Shown here one piece after another: positions 24,711 through 36,329 of a DNA stretch of 64,000 bases. Source of the DNA: Monocercomonoides exilis PA203 (Eukaryota > Protista > Preaxostyla); NCBI GenBank assembly GCA_001643675.2, contig LSRY02000038.1, forward strand, positions 310,001-374,000, in the 5' to 3' direction. A program made the translations under genes and the position numbers. A model generated the notes under the pieces. The model was given only the letters and a program-made list of their open reading frames with translations, was not told the origin of the DNA and did not search any database. How positions within the stretch are numbered: the stretch's first letter is position 1; each line of letters starts with the position of its first letter.

Positions 24711-26407
24711 TTGCAGATTCCATTCATTTTCCTTCTTCTTCTTCTCTTTCTCCTTCTTCTTCCTCTTCTTCTTTGTCTTCCCTTTCTTCTTCACCTTCTC
24801 CTTCATCACCATCAAGAAGAAGAAAGCTTTCTTCTTCTTCTTTCTCTTCTCAGTCTTCTTCTTCCACTTCTTCTTCCTCCTCTTCTTCTCCTTCAAGAAG
24901 AAAGCTTTCTTCTTCTTCTTTCTCTTCTTCTTCTTCCTCCCCTTCTTCTTCTTCTTCTTCTCCTTCCTCCTCTTCCTCTTCCTCTTCTTCTTCTTCTCAA
25001 ATGAATCAATTTCATCGTTTTCATCAGTTCTTTCCCATTGATCAACCAACTGAAGGAGAAGGAGAAGGTGAAGAAGAAGATGATGATGATGAAGATGATG
25101 AAGTTGAAATTGAAAGCGAAAGAGAAAGAGAAGAAGAAAAAGAAGAAGAAAGAGAAGAAGAAAGAAAAGAAGAAAGAAAAGAAGAAAGAAAAGAAGAAAA
25201 AGAAGAAGAAAGAGAAGGAGAAGGAGAAAGAGAATTAAAAGAAGAAAGGGAAATTTCATCATCAGAAGAAATTAAACCTTCTCCTTCTCAAAACATCATC
25301 ACAAATGAGCAATTCCGATCTTCTATTGCGCCATCAAGTGATTTAGAAAATCAAAAATCAGATTTTGTTTCTTCTTCTCCTTCTTCTCTTCTTCTTCTTC
25401 CTCCTCCTCCTTTTCTAAGCCTTCCTACTCAAACTCATAAAAATATTGATAATCGTTCTTCATCTTCATCTTCCTCTTCCTCTTCCTCTTCCTCTTCCTC
25501 TTCCTCTTCCTCTTCCTCTTCCTCTTCCTCTTCCTCTTCCTCTTCCTCTTCCTCTTCCTCTTCCTCTTCCTCTTCCTCTTCCTCTTCCTCTTCCTCTTCC
25601 TCTTCCTCTTCCTCTTCCTCTTCCTCTTCCTCTTCCTCTTCCTCTTCCTCTTCCTCTTCTTCTGATTCATTTCCCCCTCAAAAACATCATTTTCATCTTC
25701 TTCATCATCATCAGCAGCATCATCAACAACCTCCTCTTCCTCTTCCTCTTCCTCCTCCTCCTCCTCTTTCATCCCCTTCTTCTTCTTCTTCTTCCCTTTC
25801 TTCTTCTTCCTCTTCCTCCTCTTCTCCAAATAATAATAATAATAATAACAATTATAATTCTTCTTCATCTTCTTCTTCCTCTCTTTCTTCTCAATTGTTA
25901 TCTTCTTCTGATTCTTTGTCTGTCGAAAAATCTTATTTTGTTGTTCTTCCTTCTTCTCAAAACTCTTCTTCTTCTTCTTCTTCCTCTTCAAATAACCAAA
26001 ATAACGAGAAAATAGAAAATAATTCTTCTTCTTCTTCTTCTTCTTCTTCTTCTTCTTTGTCATCATCTTCCTCTTCCTCTTCCTCTTCCTCTTCCTCTTC
26101 TCCTTCTCCTCTTTCTCATTCTCCTTCTTCTCCTTCTTCTTCTCCTTCTCTTTCTTCTTCTTCTGCCTCCTCTGATTCTTCTGATGCTATCCATTTCCCC
26201 ATCGTTCTTCCTGTCTTTTCTCCTTCTCCTTCTCCTTCCCCTTCTCCCTCTCCTTCTCCTCCTCTTTCTTCTTCTTCTTCTTCTTCTTCTTCTTCTCATT
26301 CTTCTTCTTCCTCCTCATCCTCTAATAATAATAATAATAATAATAGAAATATCAATAATTCTTCTTTTTCACATTCCTCCTCCTCCTCCTCCTCCTCCTC
26401 CTCCTCT

Positions 26408-26440
<33 letters not shown>

Positions 26441-27001
26441 CTTTCTTCTCCCATTCAGCATTCATTTCCTCCTCCAATCATAATCAATTTAAACTCTCAA
26501 AATGATCCAGAAAATGAAACTTTGCTTTCTTCTGCTAATATTTCTGCTTTGAAGAAAGATTCTTCTAATTCTTCCTCTTCTCCCTCTCCTCTTCCTCTTC
26601 CTCTTCCTCTTCCTCCTCTTTCATCATCATCATCATCAAATACGAATTCTTCCTCCTCCTCTTCTTCTTCTTTTCAATTTCCTTCTTCTTTCTCTGATTT
26701 CACTTCATCATCATCTCATTCATTTAATCCTTCTTCTTCTTCCTCTTTCTCTTCTTCTTCTTCCTCTCCATCTTCTTCTTCTCCTTCTTCAAATTCCGCT
26801 TCTTCTTCTTCTCCTTCCAAAATTTCACCTTTCTCCCCTTCTTTCCTATCCGCAGAAGAAGATCCTTTATCTTTGAATTATTCTTTTCCCTCTTCTTCTT
26901 CTCTTCCTCTCAGCGATTTCACAATAGAAAACACACAAATAGAAACTTTTTCAATCACTTCAGGTGCAAAATCTGTTTCCAGAGAGAAAAAAAGCAAGTG
27001 A
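16593..27001 (+). CDS. Large multi-exon, extremely Ser/Pro/Glu-rich low-complexity protein, function unknown
   Basis: Exon 1 is 16593-16778, followed by several short exons bounded by AG/GT (about 16988, 17093, 17170, 17646, 18522, 19382). The last acceptor at 20005 opens a frame continuous with the 2228-aa ORF. Internal exon boundaries are approximate. Confidence 0.6.
19615..19673. repeat. Intronic poly-T tract (~59 nt); another of ~46 nt at 6120-6165
   Basis: Directly visible homopolymers. Confidence 0.9.
21686..21793 (+). repeat. 27-bp coding tandem repeat x4 (EEKDIKERE)
   Basis: gaagaaaaagatattaaagaaagagaa repeated four times. Confidence 0.9.
25469..25654 (+). repeat. Perfect (TCTTCC)n microsatellite, ~31 units, encoding poly-Ser
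   Basis: Directly visible. Confidence 0.95.
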
Positions 27002-27515
27002 AAATGAATGAATAAAAGAAAAAAGAAAATTGGATAATGAAATAACAAATAGAGTGAAATGAAACAATCTGTATTTTTTTCAAAGTTTTGCTGAAAAAAA
27101 AATGAATTTTGGTTGATAACTGTATATTTGGGACAAAATTATTTGCTTTTTGAATTTTGTTCCACCATTTATTTTTGAATCTTTTTCGTTGCAAAATAAT
27201 TCTTCAATATAATTTTTGATGAAAATGAAAATTGTTTTCAAGGCATATTTATTTATTTTTTGAAAAACAAAGTCGATGGATTAAAAAGAAAAAGGATTTC
27301 AAATGAAAAACAAAAAAATGTGTAATTTTCATATTTTCCGAAATATGAAGGAACAATTGATAAAAAACAAAATATTTTTAGTTATTGCATATTGAACGTA
27401 AAAATATTATGATGATTTATAATTCAAAAAATGTTTTCATTTCATCAAGATCAAAAATGACCCTTAATAATAATAATTCAAAGAAGAAAGAAGAAATTCG
27501 ATTTATCTCATCAAA

Positions 27516-30500
27516 ATGAATCTAATGATGGTTATTGCTGCAATATTGGTGAATATTATTAATTTGTATTGCTTGCCCAACGATGCCACAAATGACAAAG
27601 TTGGAACAATTCCAGAAACAGATAATTTGCAAATGATTCCTACAAGCGGTTGGACAACTTCAATAGAAGCTGAAAATAGTTGCAATATAAAGGAAACTTA
27701 TGTGCAAGCGCATTATTTTGAAAAGAGTACTGAACATGATGAATCTGAGGGATGGAAAGGAAAATGGAGAAAGAATCAAAACAACAGAATTGAATCGGTA
27801 AACACAAACACAAACAGGAATATCGTCAAAATTGAAGGAGATGCATCAGATATGAGCATCCACAATGCCAAGAAGGTTGAAGAAGGAATTGAAGAAAGCA
27901 AGATGAAAAGTCACATTATTCTGGATAATTCATCTCTGTTGTGCATGAATTTGGGAATGATGGCAAATGGATTTACAAGTTCATTAGCCTTAAGAACTGA
28001 AAGTGTTGCAATGATTATTGGATGCCATTTTGAGGTCAGAAGCGAAATAAGTCCATTTGATTTGTGTGGGAGTCAAATTCATTTTTCAAACTTGACACTT
28101 CGATTTTGGAATTCACAGCAGACCCACATGCCTCCTCTTTTCTCCTCGCAAATGAGTGGATCAAAAAATCAATCAACCGATTGTATGTCTGTTTGCTCGT
28201 CAGGCTTTTCCTCATTCCAGATGTCTTCTCCTCCATTTCTGTCTTCATCGTTTGTTGAGAGTGTTTTACTCACAGATTTGATTTTCACCAACATTTCAGC
28301 AGTTCCATCACGCAGAGGGATTCATTTTGATTTGGGATGTGGATGTTCCACTCTGATGAATGGCTGCTCATTTTCATCAGTCTGTGATGTGTATGATGGA
28401 GGGATTGTTCCTTCTCTGAACAATCCTTTCACCTCTTTGACAGCCTCAAACACCTCTTTTGCTGGATGCACACGCACAGGAAATGTTGAATTCATTGGAA
28501 GCAAAGAAAGCCCATCGAAGCCAGGGAGACAGAATGAAACAGAAAACGGGCAAAACACATTTATTTGGTGCGAGTGGAACGGATCAAGGACAACTGGAAC
28601 AAAAAATACATACACTGATGTGGCTTCAAATGGAGGAGCCATCTTTATGTGTGGCCAACCAAATGCAACTATTTATATTAAATACTGTTCTTTCAATGAT
28701 TGCTATGCTTATTATGACGGAGGAGGAGTCATGTGTGCAAATTTAAAATCTGTTGAAACTGCAAATAATTCGTTCAACTCATGCACGGTGAAAACATTGG
28801 CTGGTGGAGGAATGTGCGTTTATATCATTTCAACATTCGTTCGGATCAGCGGATGTGACTTCAAGAATTGCAAAGCAATTGAACAAGGAGGCGGACTTTT
28901 TCTTGACAATTATAGGGATCCAGAAACAAGATGCATGGGAAAAGAAAATGGAGAAAAAGAGAGTGCATGCGTGTTTGACTGTTGTTTCACATCATGCTCC
29001 GTTGCAAATTATATCGGTGGAGGGATGTTTTGTCGAAATGTGCCAACTGCAGAATTCAAAATAAGAACTGTTCAGTTCATATCATGTTCAGCAAAGGCAT
29101 ATGGAGGAGGATTGTATTTTTATCCATACCAATTATCAATGACTAAAAATTCATTCTTTTGCAGTTTTTTGTTCTTTCACGAATGCAGGTGCAGGAATAC
29201 ATCCGCTCCATTTGGGCACGACGTTGAATTTGTTGATAATTTTACTCTATATTTATCATCAAATAATCCGTTCTTTGAATGCTACACAACAAATACAGAT
29301 GAGAAGAGAATGTGCTATGCATACAATTGTTTAAATGGAAAATGTTCTCATTATTTCACAGAAAAGAAGTGGTGGTTGAAGAATGGAGTTCTTTTTCGTC
29401 TTGTGGCTGCTGAGGGAGGAGTTGAAGACGAGCTGTGTGGAATTGATGAGTCAAGTGCATGCAAAACCATTGGTATTGCTGTCAATCGAAGCGTCGCACA
29501 AACGAGCTTGATTGTCACCCTGATGGAAGGGAATCACAAAAACGAAGAGACAACAATTGAAACAAATTTGAATAAGATGAGAGTTGAAGGGAAAGGAAGA
29601 GGAACAAGCATTATTGGAACATATTCGCTTTCTTCTCCTTCAACAACGCTGTTCGGCGTGAGGAGTGGGCAGCTGAAGATTCTTCATCTGGGAATTGAAC
29701 ACAACTCTGAAAGAGATTCTTCACCGAATGTGTTTGTGGTTTCTGATGGGAGCGGGTCACTCTCATTGGAGGATGTTGTGATTTCATCAAATGTTGCTGG
29801 AACTAATGTTATATCATCATCTGTTTTTGTGGTGGCGCTGTCACAGCTGAGGATGATTGATGTGGAGATCAAAGATATGAAAGTGAGTCAGCCTCTGTTC
29901 TCAGAGCCATCATCAGGAGAAGCTGAATCAGAAGAGAGTTTTCTATCAAATGTGACAATTCGGAATGTGAATCTGACTGAAGGAGATGGGGTGGCTGTGG
30001 CAAAGAATGTGAATGGAGATGAGATATTTGTGGTGAACAACACAACAATAGAGGGATGTGTTTGTGTGAATGGAAATGGCGGAGGAATATATGTTTGTTT
30101 GCAAGGAAATGGGAATATGGTTGTGAATGGAACAAGTTTGATTGATGGATGTGTTGCAATGGGTGTTGAAGGAAATGGAGGGAGAGGAGGAGGATTATTT
30201 GTGGTGATGGAGAGCGGGGGATGTGGGTTGACAATTGGAGAGAATGTTAAGTTTTCAAAAGTGAATGAGAACGTGGCAGGATATGGGAAGGATGTGTTTG
30301 TTCATTGTGGGAGTGGAGTGTTTTTGGAGTCAAAAGTGAATACCAGTTCATTTGCATTTTTTGACAAAAGTGTTATTCCATCAGATGTGTTAAAACTGAG
30401 TGGGAGTGAGAATGGGGATGAAAATGGAGTTATTCCACTGTTTGTGTATTTGTGCACAATGGGGACAAAGGTGCTTGTTGATGGGAGTGGAGGAAATGGG

Positions 30501-33500
30501 AAGGATCACAGCCATTGTGGATTTGAAGGGTTTGGCTGTTTGACAGTTGATTATTGTGCAAACTCAAGAATGAGCAGCACTGTGAATGAAATAGAGGTTG
30601 TCTCATCTTCTTCAATAAATGAAGAAATTGAATTTTCTTCATTTGATGTGAGTATTTCAGGCAGAATAATATCATCGGAAGAGGAGAGGATGCAAGTGGA
30701 TGTGAGTGATGGAGGATCAGCCACACAAGACTGGCTTGTTGGATGTTCGAGTTCACTGACAATGAGGAGACTTTCATTTGTTGTGAAAGGTCAGTTGAAT
30801 TCGAGGAGAAGTACATTCATTCACTCAATATCAACACTCAGTGTGACGAACTGTTCAGTCTCATTTGAGGGTGGGGCATTGACCGATGGAAAGATAGGAT
30901 ATAATGTGATAAACATTGAGGGAGGAGTGTTGATTGTTGATGGATTTGTGATGGAAAGCGCAGTGACACTGACAATGAATGAGAAATCACCAATCACAAT
31001 GACAAGTGGAATGAAATTGGAGATATCAAACAGCAGAATGAGTGGTGTGGAAGTGGAAGATGGAATTGGAGGGGGATGTTTGAATGTTGGGATGAATGAA
31101 GAAGGAGGAAGTGTTTATATTGAAGAAAGCAATTTTTCATCTAGATGCTCAGGTGGAAGTGGAATAAAAGGTGGAGGGATGATGATATCAATTAGAAGTG
31201 AAGGAACATTGAGAGTGAAAGGAGTGAAATATTCAGGTTGTGAAGTGCCAACAGAGGATGTTGAGGATGGAGGAAGAGGAATTGGAGGAGGGATGTTTGT
31301 GAAGCTGGCAGATGAGATGGGAACATTTGTTTTCGAAGGAATGACATTTGAGGGATGCAATGCCTGGAAAGGGAAGAGCATGTTTGTATCAGGATGGGAT
31401 CTGAGAGAGATTGTGAATAAAGAGAACTTCAAATGGGAGATGAATGAAGAGGAGTTTGGATCGTTGGATGAGTTGTGTGGATGGGAGAGGAAGACAACAG
31501 GAGAGGAGGGATATGTGATTCCATTGGTTGTGTATTTGTGGAGTAATTGGAGCGGAAATGGGTTTGTTTCGAAAGAGAAAGGAGGAGACTTCAGTGGGTG
31601 TGGATATTCAGAAGCTCCATGTTCATCAGTTGACCACTTAATATCACTGAGATATGGTTCACTTGGAGAAGGCGAATCACACATCAAAATTGTTGGATCA
31701 GGATTGCTCCAGAAATCGATTTCATTTTTATCATCATTATCATTATCAATAACTCCAGTTGTGTCAATTGAGGGAGACACTGAAGGAACTATTTTGAAAG
31801 TGAGCGAAGAAGGGGGAATGATAACATCGAATGTTGTCGCTTCATTCAGGAACCTGTCATTTTCTCTGCCAAATGAACTTGTTTCTCATTCATCGCTCAT
31901 TCACTCAGCAACATCCTCAGCAACATCACTTTCAATCAAGAGGTGCTCATTTGTTTGTGAGGATTCAGCAAAGGAAACGAAATATTGCCTGATAAAAGCA
32001 GATGGAGGGAATGTTGTGATTGAGGATTGCACCCTTTCCCAATTCAATCTGGCAAAAGGGTTTGTTGAATTCACAGCAGATGTGAAGAGTGTTGATGTGA
32101 TGAATGTGTCAGTTTCGAACACAACAATCTCAGGAAGCAGTCTGATATCGCTGAGTCAGCCATCCCCAACAAATATGTTGATCCACAAAGCAAGAGAAAA
32201 CACAAAACAAATCGTGAGGGTGAACAGCTCCTCATTTGCAAACATCACATGTGTGGAGAACAGGGCATGTGTGATGAGTGTGGGATCGTTCTCAGCTGGG
32301 ATGGAATGTGTGATTGAAGGGTGTGTGCTGACGAAGTGCATGAGTGAGAGAAGCTTGGAAGGAGGAGGGATGAAGATGTTGATGAAGAGAGGCGAGTCGG
32401 AGGTGAAAGTGAGTGGGTGTTCGTTTGGGATGTGTGTGTGCTCAACAGGGAATGGAAGGGGAGGAGGGATGATGATTGATGCACTTGATCCGAATGGGGA
32501 GCACACCAACACGGAAATGCCACCACTTGGGCTGAGATTGGAGAACATCCGATTCGTGATGAATGATGCGTTTGTGGGGAAGGATGTGTTCATCCGATGT
32601 GACTCGATTGACTTGCAGCTGAATGAAAGGCTGTTTGGATTGGACTTCAGCCAGGAGGCTCTGAAGGGGGAGAACTCGATGTGTGGGAGCGATGGAGAAG
32701 GGAAAGTTGATGTTGATCTGATCCCGCTGATCACATTCTATTATTCTTCACAGGTGTTTGTGTGTGTGAATGGGAGTGACAACAGGCAGTGTGGAGCACA
32801 GAACAATCCGTGTGAGAGCATTGGAAATGCTGTGCAACACATTCAAAGAAGCATGATGAATGTGCTGTGGATTGATGGAGAAGGGATGATGGGAGAGGAA
32901 TGTGTGATTGGGGATGTGAGGATGATGTCGATGGGGAGGGAGAAGGCGACAGTGCATTTTGAGGGGAAGATGGAGGAAAGAGGAGAGGAGAGGAGCATGA
33001 TGGTGTTTGTGAATGAGAGTGTGGTGGAGAGGTGTTTGTTTGTGTTTGGAGAGATGTTTGAGAGCGCACAGAAATATGTTGTGAAAGTGAAGGAGGGGCG
33101 GATGGTGATGAATGAATGCTCATTTGAGGGTTCGTCCAGTGGGATGGGAAAGAGGCTGAAGAACACGCTTGTTGGGGTGGAGGGAGGAGAGATGGAGATG
33201 GTGAGATGCACAATCAGACACATCCGTCATTGTGGCAGATTGGTTGTTTTCTGTGGAGAATCGCTTGTTGTGATGGATGAGACAAGGATTTGGGATGTGG
33301 AATCAGAGGGAGATGTGGTTGTTGTGGAAGGGGAGGCGAGGGTTAGTGTGAAAGAAGTGGGGATGGAGAATGTCACAATAATGGGGGAGTGGAGTGTGAT
33401 GGCGATGAGAGGGAGTGGAGATGGGAGTGTGTCAAACTGCACATTCAGTGGGTGTGAGAGTGGAAGAGAGAAGGGAGGGATTGTTTTGGTGGAGAATTGT

Positions 33501-35711
33501 GAAGATGTGAGGATTGAGATGTGTGATGTGTGTGGAGGAGTGAACAGGGCAGATGAAGAAAGAAATTTAATGGAGATGAATGAGAAGGAGGGAAGAGAGG
33601 GAAGAGAAAGGATATGCAAGTGGAATGGATCGATGGTTGGGGTTGAGGAGAGCAGTGTTGTGATGAAGGATACGAGGATTCGGGAGAGTGGGGAAGGGGG
33701 ATTGTCTGTGAGTGGAGGGAGTGTGACAATTGAAGCAGGAAACTTCAGCAACAACAATCCATTCATTGAAAAATATCCATCAGTGAGAAGAAACATCATT
33801 TGCTCAGATTCTGGAATATTGAACATAAATAGTTTGAAAGGAGGAGATGGGTTGATGCCCAATTCTTCTCTTTGGATTTTGAATGATGGATGCTCCCTTG
33901 ATGGAATTGCAGCAGAAAGGCAATCTCCTTTCTTCGTTCCCAGACTGGAAGATATTTCAGTGAATGAAAATGGCAGCAATATTGTTGTGAAATTCAAGGG
34001 ATCCCTTTTTGTGCCATGCGACTTGTCATTCAGAGTTGTGTATAAAACAGGAGATGTGGAGTTGGTTGAGACATATCAGTTTGAGGAAGATGGGTTTGTT
34101 TCAGAAACAGAAGTGATTGGAAGAGTTCCATCAGAGAACATTTCAATGATTGCAGATGAAACAGAGATATCAGTGATGATTCTGTTTGGGAAGCCATTGG
34201 CAGAGACTTCTCCACAGATTCTGAAGAACAAAACAGAATCAAAGACAGGAGATGAAAAAGTGGTTGAAGGAAGGAAAGAAGGGAAATCTTATTGGTTGTT
34301 GATTGTGATAATTATGGCAGTTATTCTTTTGATTGTTCTTATTGTATCAATAATATTCATTGTTCGATGGAGAAAACAGAAGATAAGAACAGAAGAATTG
34401 GAAGTAATTGTGAATGATAACATTAGAAAAGATCCAAAAGCTTTTGAGATGGTGACGATGGAGATGTCTCCTGAGGAGCAGTGGAGGAGAGCAGAAAGAG
34501 AGGCAGAGAAGAAGAATGAAGAGAAGATCAAGAAGAGGGTGTATGAAAAGAAAATGGTGCATTCGGAGTCTGAAGAGCATCTTCTGTCTGAGAGTGGCTC
34601 CACTGAATACATTTTGGGGAAAGATTCAGACAAGATTCCAGAATGGGCATTGGAAAAGGTGGGCGAAGAAGAGATAAGGAAAAGAACACCCTCACCATCT
34701 ATTTCATCCACTTCAACAACAGATACGACTGATTCAGATTCCACATTTGTTCGAATGGAGGATATGTGCCCCACCACCTCATCAATGTCGAATCTGGTGG
34801 ATGCAATGGCATGTTCATCCCCTCATGAGAAGCTGATTGTGGATCTGAGGGATTCTTTGTTCATGTTGCTGCATGGAAAAAATGGGAAGAAAGAGATGGC
34901 TATTGGCACTCTTGAAGAGAGGGAGATGACCGCTGCTCAGATCCTGTTCTGGGTAGCGAATGGAGCTCTTCATTCCTTTGATGAAATGGAATACCCTCTT
35001 TCTTCTCTTGAAAATCTGAGTCCTCATATTGTGTTGTTCTCTGAGCATATGGTTATCTGCATTGCGCTCCACTCAGACTGCTCATCAGATGATTCAGATT
35101 CATCATCCATCTCTTCATTGACCATTGTTTCTTCTTCCTCCAATATTTCACTGATGAGCGAGAGATTCACCGACTCGCCACCTCCTTCATCAGCGTTTGA
35201 GGAGGATGATGATTTCAAAAAAGAGTGTTTGAGGTGGAAGGCACCTGAATTACTGATCAACAAAAAGATGGGAGCAACAAAGGAGTCAGTTGCGTTTTCG
35301 ATCGGGATGATGCTGTGGGAGTGCTTGACTCTGGATATCCCGTTTGGAGAATATGATGCGGAGACAGCAGGGCAGAAGATAACATTTGGAGAAAGGCCAT
35401 CGCGAAAGATGATTGCAGGAAGGGGAATAGATGAGGTTGTTGGAAGCTGCTGGGAAGAGGAGGCGAGCAAGAGGATGGGGCTGTTTGAGGTGAAGAAGGA
35501 GCTGTTTTCGCACTTTCCAGCGAATGCGGTTGTTGTGACAGCCTCAGATGCGATTGCATATGCTGAGGGCTCAGAAAGTGAGACAGATGATGAAAAGGAA
35601 GGGAAAGATATTCATCAATCAACAACAACAACAAACACATCCACCACAACTTCTTTAACAGTTTCTTCAACAGCAACATCAAAAACAAGAGAAAATGAAA
35701 AAAGCGGATGA
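27516..35711 (+). CDS. Giant type I membrane protein with beta-helix ectodomain, TM helix and kinase-like C-lobe (pseudokinase)
   Basis: 2731-aa intronless ORF with four GxD..CG....C modules and NNPFIEKYPSVRRNIIC (shared with the 2472-aa protein). TM is YWLLIVIIMAVILLIVLIVSIIFIV. Kinase-like motifs are LRWKAPELL, FSIGMMLWECLTLDIPF and CWEEEASKRM. Confidence 0.85.
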   Translation: MNLMMVIAAILVNIINLYCLPNDATNDKVGTIPETDNLQMIPTSGWTTSIEAENSCNIKETYVQAHYFEKSTEHDESEGWKGKWRKNQNNRIESVNTNTNRNIVKIEGDASDMSIHNAKKVEEGIEESKMKSHIILDNSSLLCMNLGMMANGFTSSLALRTESVAMIIGCHFEVRSEISPFDLCGSQIHFSNLTLRFWNSQQTHMPPLFSSQMSGSKNQSTDCMSVCSSGFSSFQMSSPPFLSSSFVESVLLTDLIFTNISAVPSRRGIHFDLGCGCSTLMNGCSFSSVCDVYDGGIVPSLNNPFTSLTASNTSFAGCTRTGNVEFIGSKESPSKPGRQNETENGQNTFIWCEWNGSRTTGTKNTYTDVASNGGAIFMCGQPNATIYIKYCSFNDCYAYYDGGGVMCANLKSVETANNSFNSCTVKTLAGGGMCVYIISTFVRISGCDFKNCKAIEQGGGLFLDNYRDPETRCMGKENGEKESACVFDCCFTSCSVANYIGGGMFCRNVPTAEFKIRTVQFISCSAKAYGGGLYFYPYQLSMTKNSFFCSFLFFHECRCRNTSAPFGHDVEFVDNFTLYLSSNNPFFECYTTNTDEKRMCYAYNCLNGKCSHYFTEKKWWLKNGVLFRLVAAEGGVEDELCGIDESSACKTIGIAVNRSVAQTSLIVTLMEGNHKNEETTIETNLNKMRVEGKGRGTSIIGTYSLSSPSTTLFGVRSGQLKILHLGIEHNSERDSSPNVFVVSDGSGSLSLEDVVISSNVAGTNVISSSVFVVALSQLRMIDVEIKDMKVSQPLFSEPSSGEAESEESFLSNVTIRNVNLTEGDGVAVAKNVNGDEIFVVNNTTIEGCVCVNGNGGGIYVCLQGNGNMVVNGTSLIDGCVAMGVEGNGGRGGGLFVVMESGGCGLTIGENVKFSKVNENVAGYGKDVFVHCGSGVFLESKVNTSSFAFFDKSVIPSDVLKLSGSENGDENGVIPLFVYLCTMGTKVLVDGSGGNGKDHSHCGFEGFGCLTVDYCANSRMSSTVNEIEVVSSSSINEEIEFSSFDVSISGRIISSEEERMQVDVSDGGSATQDWLVGCSSSLTMRRLSFVVKGQLNSRRSTFIHSISTLSVTNCSVSFEGGALTDGKIGYNVINIEGGVLIVDGFVMESAVTLTMNEKSPITMTSGMKLEISNSRMSGVEVEDGIGGGCLNVGMNEEGGSVYIEESNFSSRCSGGSGIKGGGMMISIRSEGTLRVKGVKYSGCEVPTEDVEDGGRGIGGGMFVKLADEMGTFVFEGMTFEGCNAWKGKSMFVSGWDLREIVNKENFKWEMNEEEFGSLDELCGWERKTTGEEGYVIPLVVYLWSNWSGNGFVSKEKGGDFSGCGYSEAPCSSVDHLISLRYGSLGEGESHIKIVGSGLLQKSISFLSSLSLSITPVVSIEGDTEGTILKVSEEGGMITSNVVASFRNLSFSLPNELVSHSSLIHSATSSATSLSIKRCSFVCEDSAKETKYCLIKADGGNVVIEDCTLSQFNLAKGFVEFTADVKSVDVMNVSVSNTTISGSSLISLSQPSPTNMLIHKARENTKQIVRVNSSSFANITCVENRACVMSVGSFSAGMECVIEGCVLTKCMSERSLEGGGMKMLMKRGESEVKVSGCSFGMCVCSTGNGRGGGMMIDALDPNGEHTNTEMPPLGLRLENIRFVMNDAFVGKDVFIRCDSIDLQLNERLFGLDFSQEALKGENSMCGSDGEGKVDVDLIPLITFYYSSQVFVCVNGSDNRQCGAQNNPCESIGNAVQHIQRSMMNVLWIDGEGMMGEECVIGDVRMMSMGREKATVHFEGKMEERGEERSMMVFVNESVVERCLFVFGEMFESAQKYVVKVKEGRMVMNECSFEGSSSGMGKRLKNTLVGVEGGEMEMVRCTIRHIRHCGRLVVFCGESLVVMDETRIWDVESEGDVVVVEGEARVSVKEVGMENVTIMGEWSVMAMRGSGDGSVSNCTFSGCESGREKGGIVLVENCEDVRIEMCDVCGGVNRADEERNLMEMNEKEGREGRERICKWNGSMVGVEESSVVMKDTRIRESGEGGLSVSGGSVTIEAGNFSNNNPFIEKYPSVRRNIICSDSGILNINSLKGGDGLMPNSSLWILNDGCSLDGIAAERQSPFFVPRLEDISVNENGSNIVVKFKGSLFVPCDLSFRVVYKTGDVELVETYQFEEDGFVSETEVIGRVPSENISMIADETEISVMILFGKPLAETSPQILKNKTESKTGDEKVVEGRKEGKSYWLLIVIIMAVILLIVLIVSIIFIVRWRKQKIRTEELEVIVNDNIRKDPKAFEMVTMEMSPEEQWRRAEREAEKKNEEKIKKRVYEKKMVHSESEEHLLSESGSTEYILGKDSDKIPEWALEKVGEEEIRKRTPSPSISSTSTTDTTDSDSTFVRMEDMCPTTSSMSNLVDAMACSSPHEKLIVDLRDSLFMLLHGKNGKKEMAIGTLEEREMTAAQILFWVANGALHSFDEMEYPLSSLENLSPHIVLFSEHMVICIALHSDCSSDDSDSSSISSLTIVSSSSNISLMSERFTDSPPPSSAFEEDDDFKKECLRWKAPELLINKKMGATKESVAFSIGMMLWECLTLDIPFGEYDAETAGQKITFGERPSRKMIAGRGIDEVVGSCWEEEASKRMGLFEVKKELFSHFPANAVVVTASDAIAYAEGSESETDDEKEGKDIHQSTTTTNTSTTTSLTVSSTATSKTRENEKSG

Positions 35712-36329
35712 ATTGGTTGATTGAATGATTATGAAAGAGAAAAAAAAAATGTTATTGTATTGTTTAGAATTGAGTATTCATTAGAATTTTTAAGTCAATT
35801 TTGTGTTTGTGTTTGTTTTTTGTTTTTTGTTTGTTTTGAATAATTCTCAGTTTCTTTCCTTCTTGTTGTAATTCCAATCTGTTTTGCGTGTCAGCACATC
35901 TGTCTTGTTTTGTGCAAGAAAAAAAAATATTTGTTTTCATTTGTATATAGTCAAATATTTATCAATATTTGTGTGATAAAATAACTTTATTTGTTTGTAT
36001 TTTTTCAGCTGAATGTTTTTTGTTGTATATGTATGTATTTTTAATCATTTATCTGTTTTTATGTTTGCATTTTTGATTGGTTTTTATTTCAAAAAATACA
36101 ACACCAGCACTTTATTATTTCACAAAAACATACCATTTGATAATTTATTTTGTTTGTTTGTTGGCTTCTGAATATCACACAAACATTGTTCAAAGTGTTC
36201 TTTTTGGGGAGAACAAAATTGAAGAAAATGCTGCAAATAATGGACTTATTCAATCAATATTGATTCAGATGATTTTTATTAGTCAATGATATTGTTTTTG
36301 ATAATTCTCCTTTTTGTTGGATTGCACAA

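Noticed and set aside
17800-26500. Many poly-Leu, poly-Arg/Lys and poly-Phe ORFs in alternative frames and strands
   Set aside because: Shadow frames of TCT/GAA microsatellites.
28036-35688. Antisense ORFs (Pro/Ser/His-rich) within the large receptor gene; likewise at 6865-13509
   Set aside because: Shadows of codon and purine bias in the sense gene, with no independent motifs.
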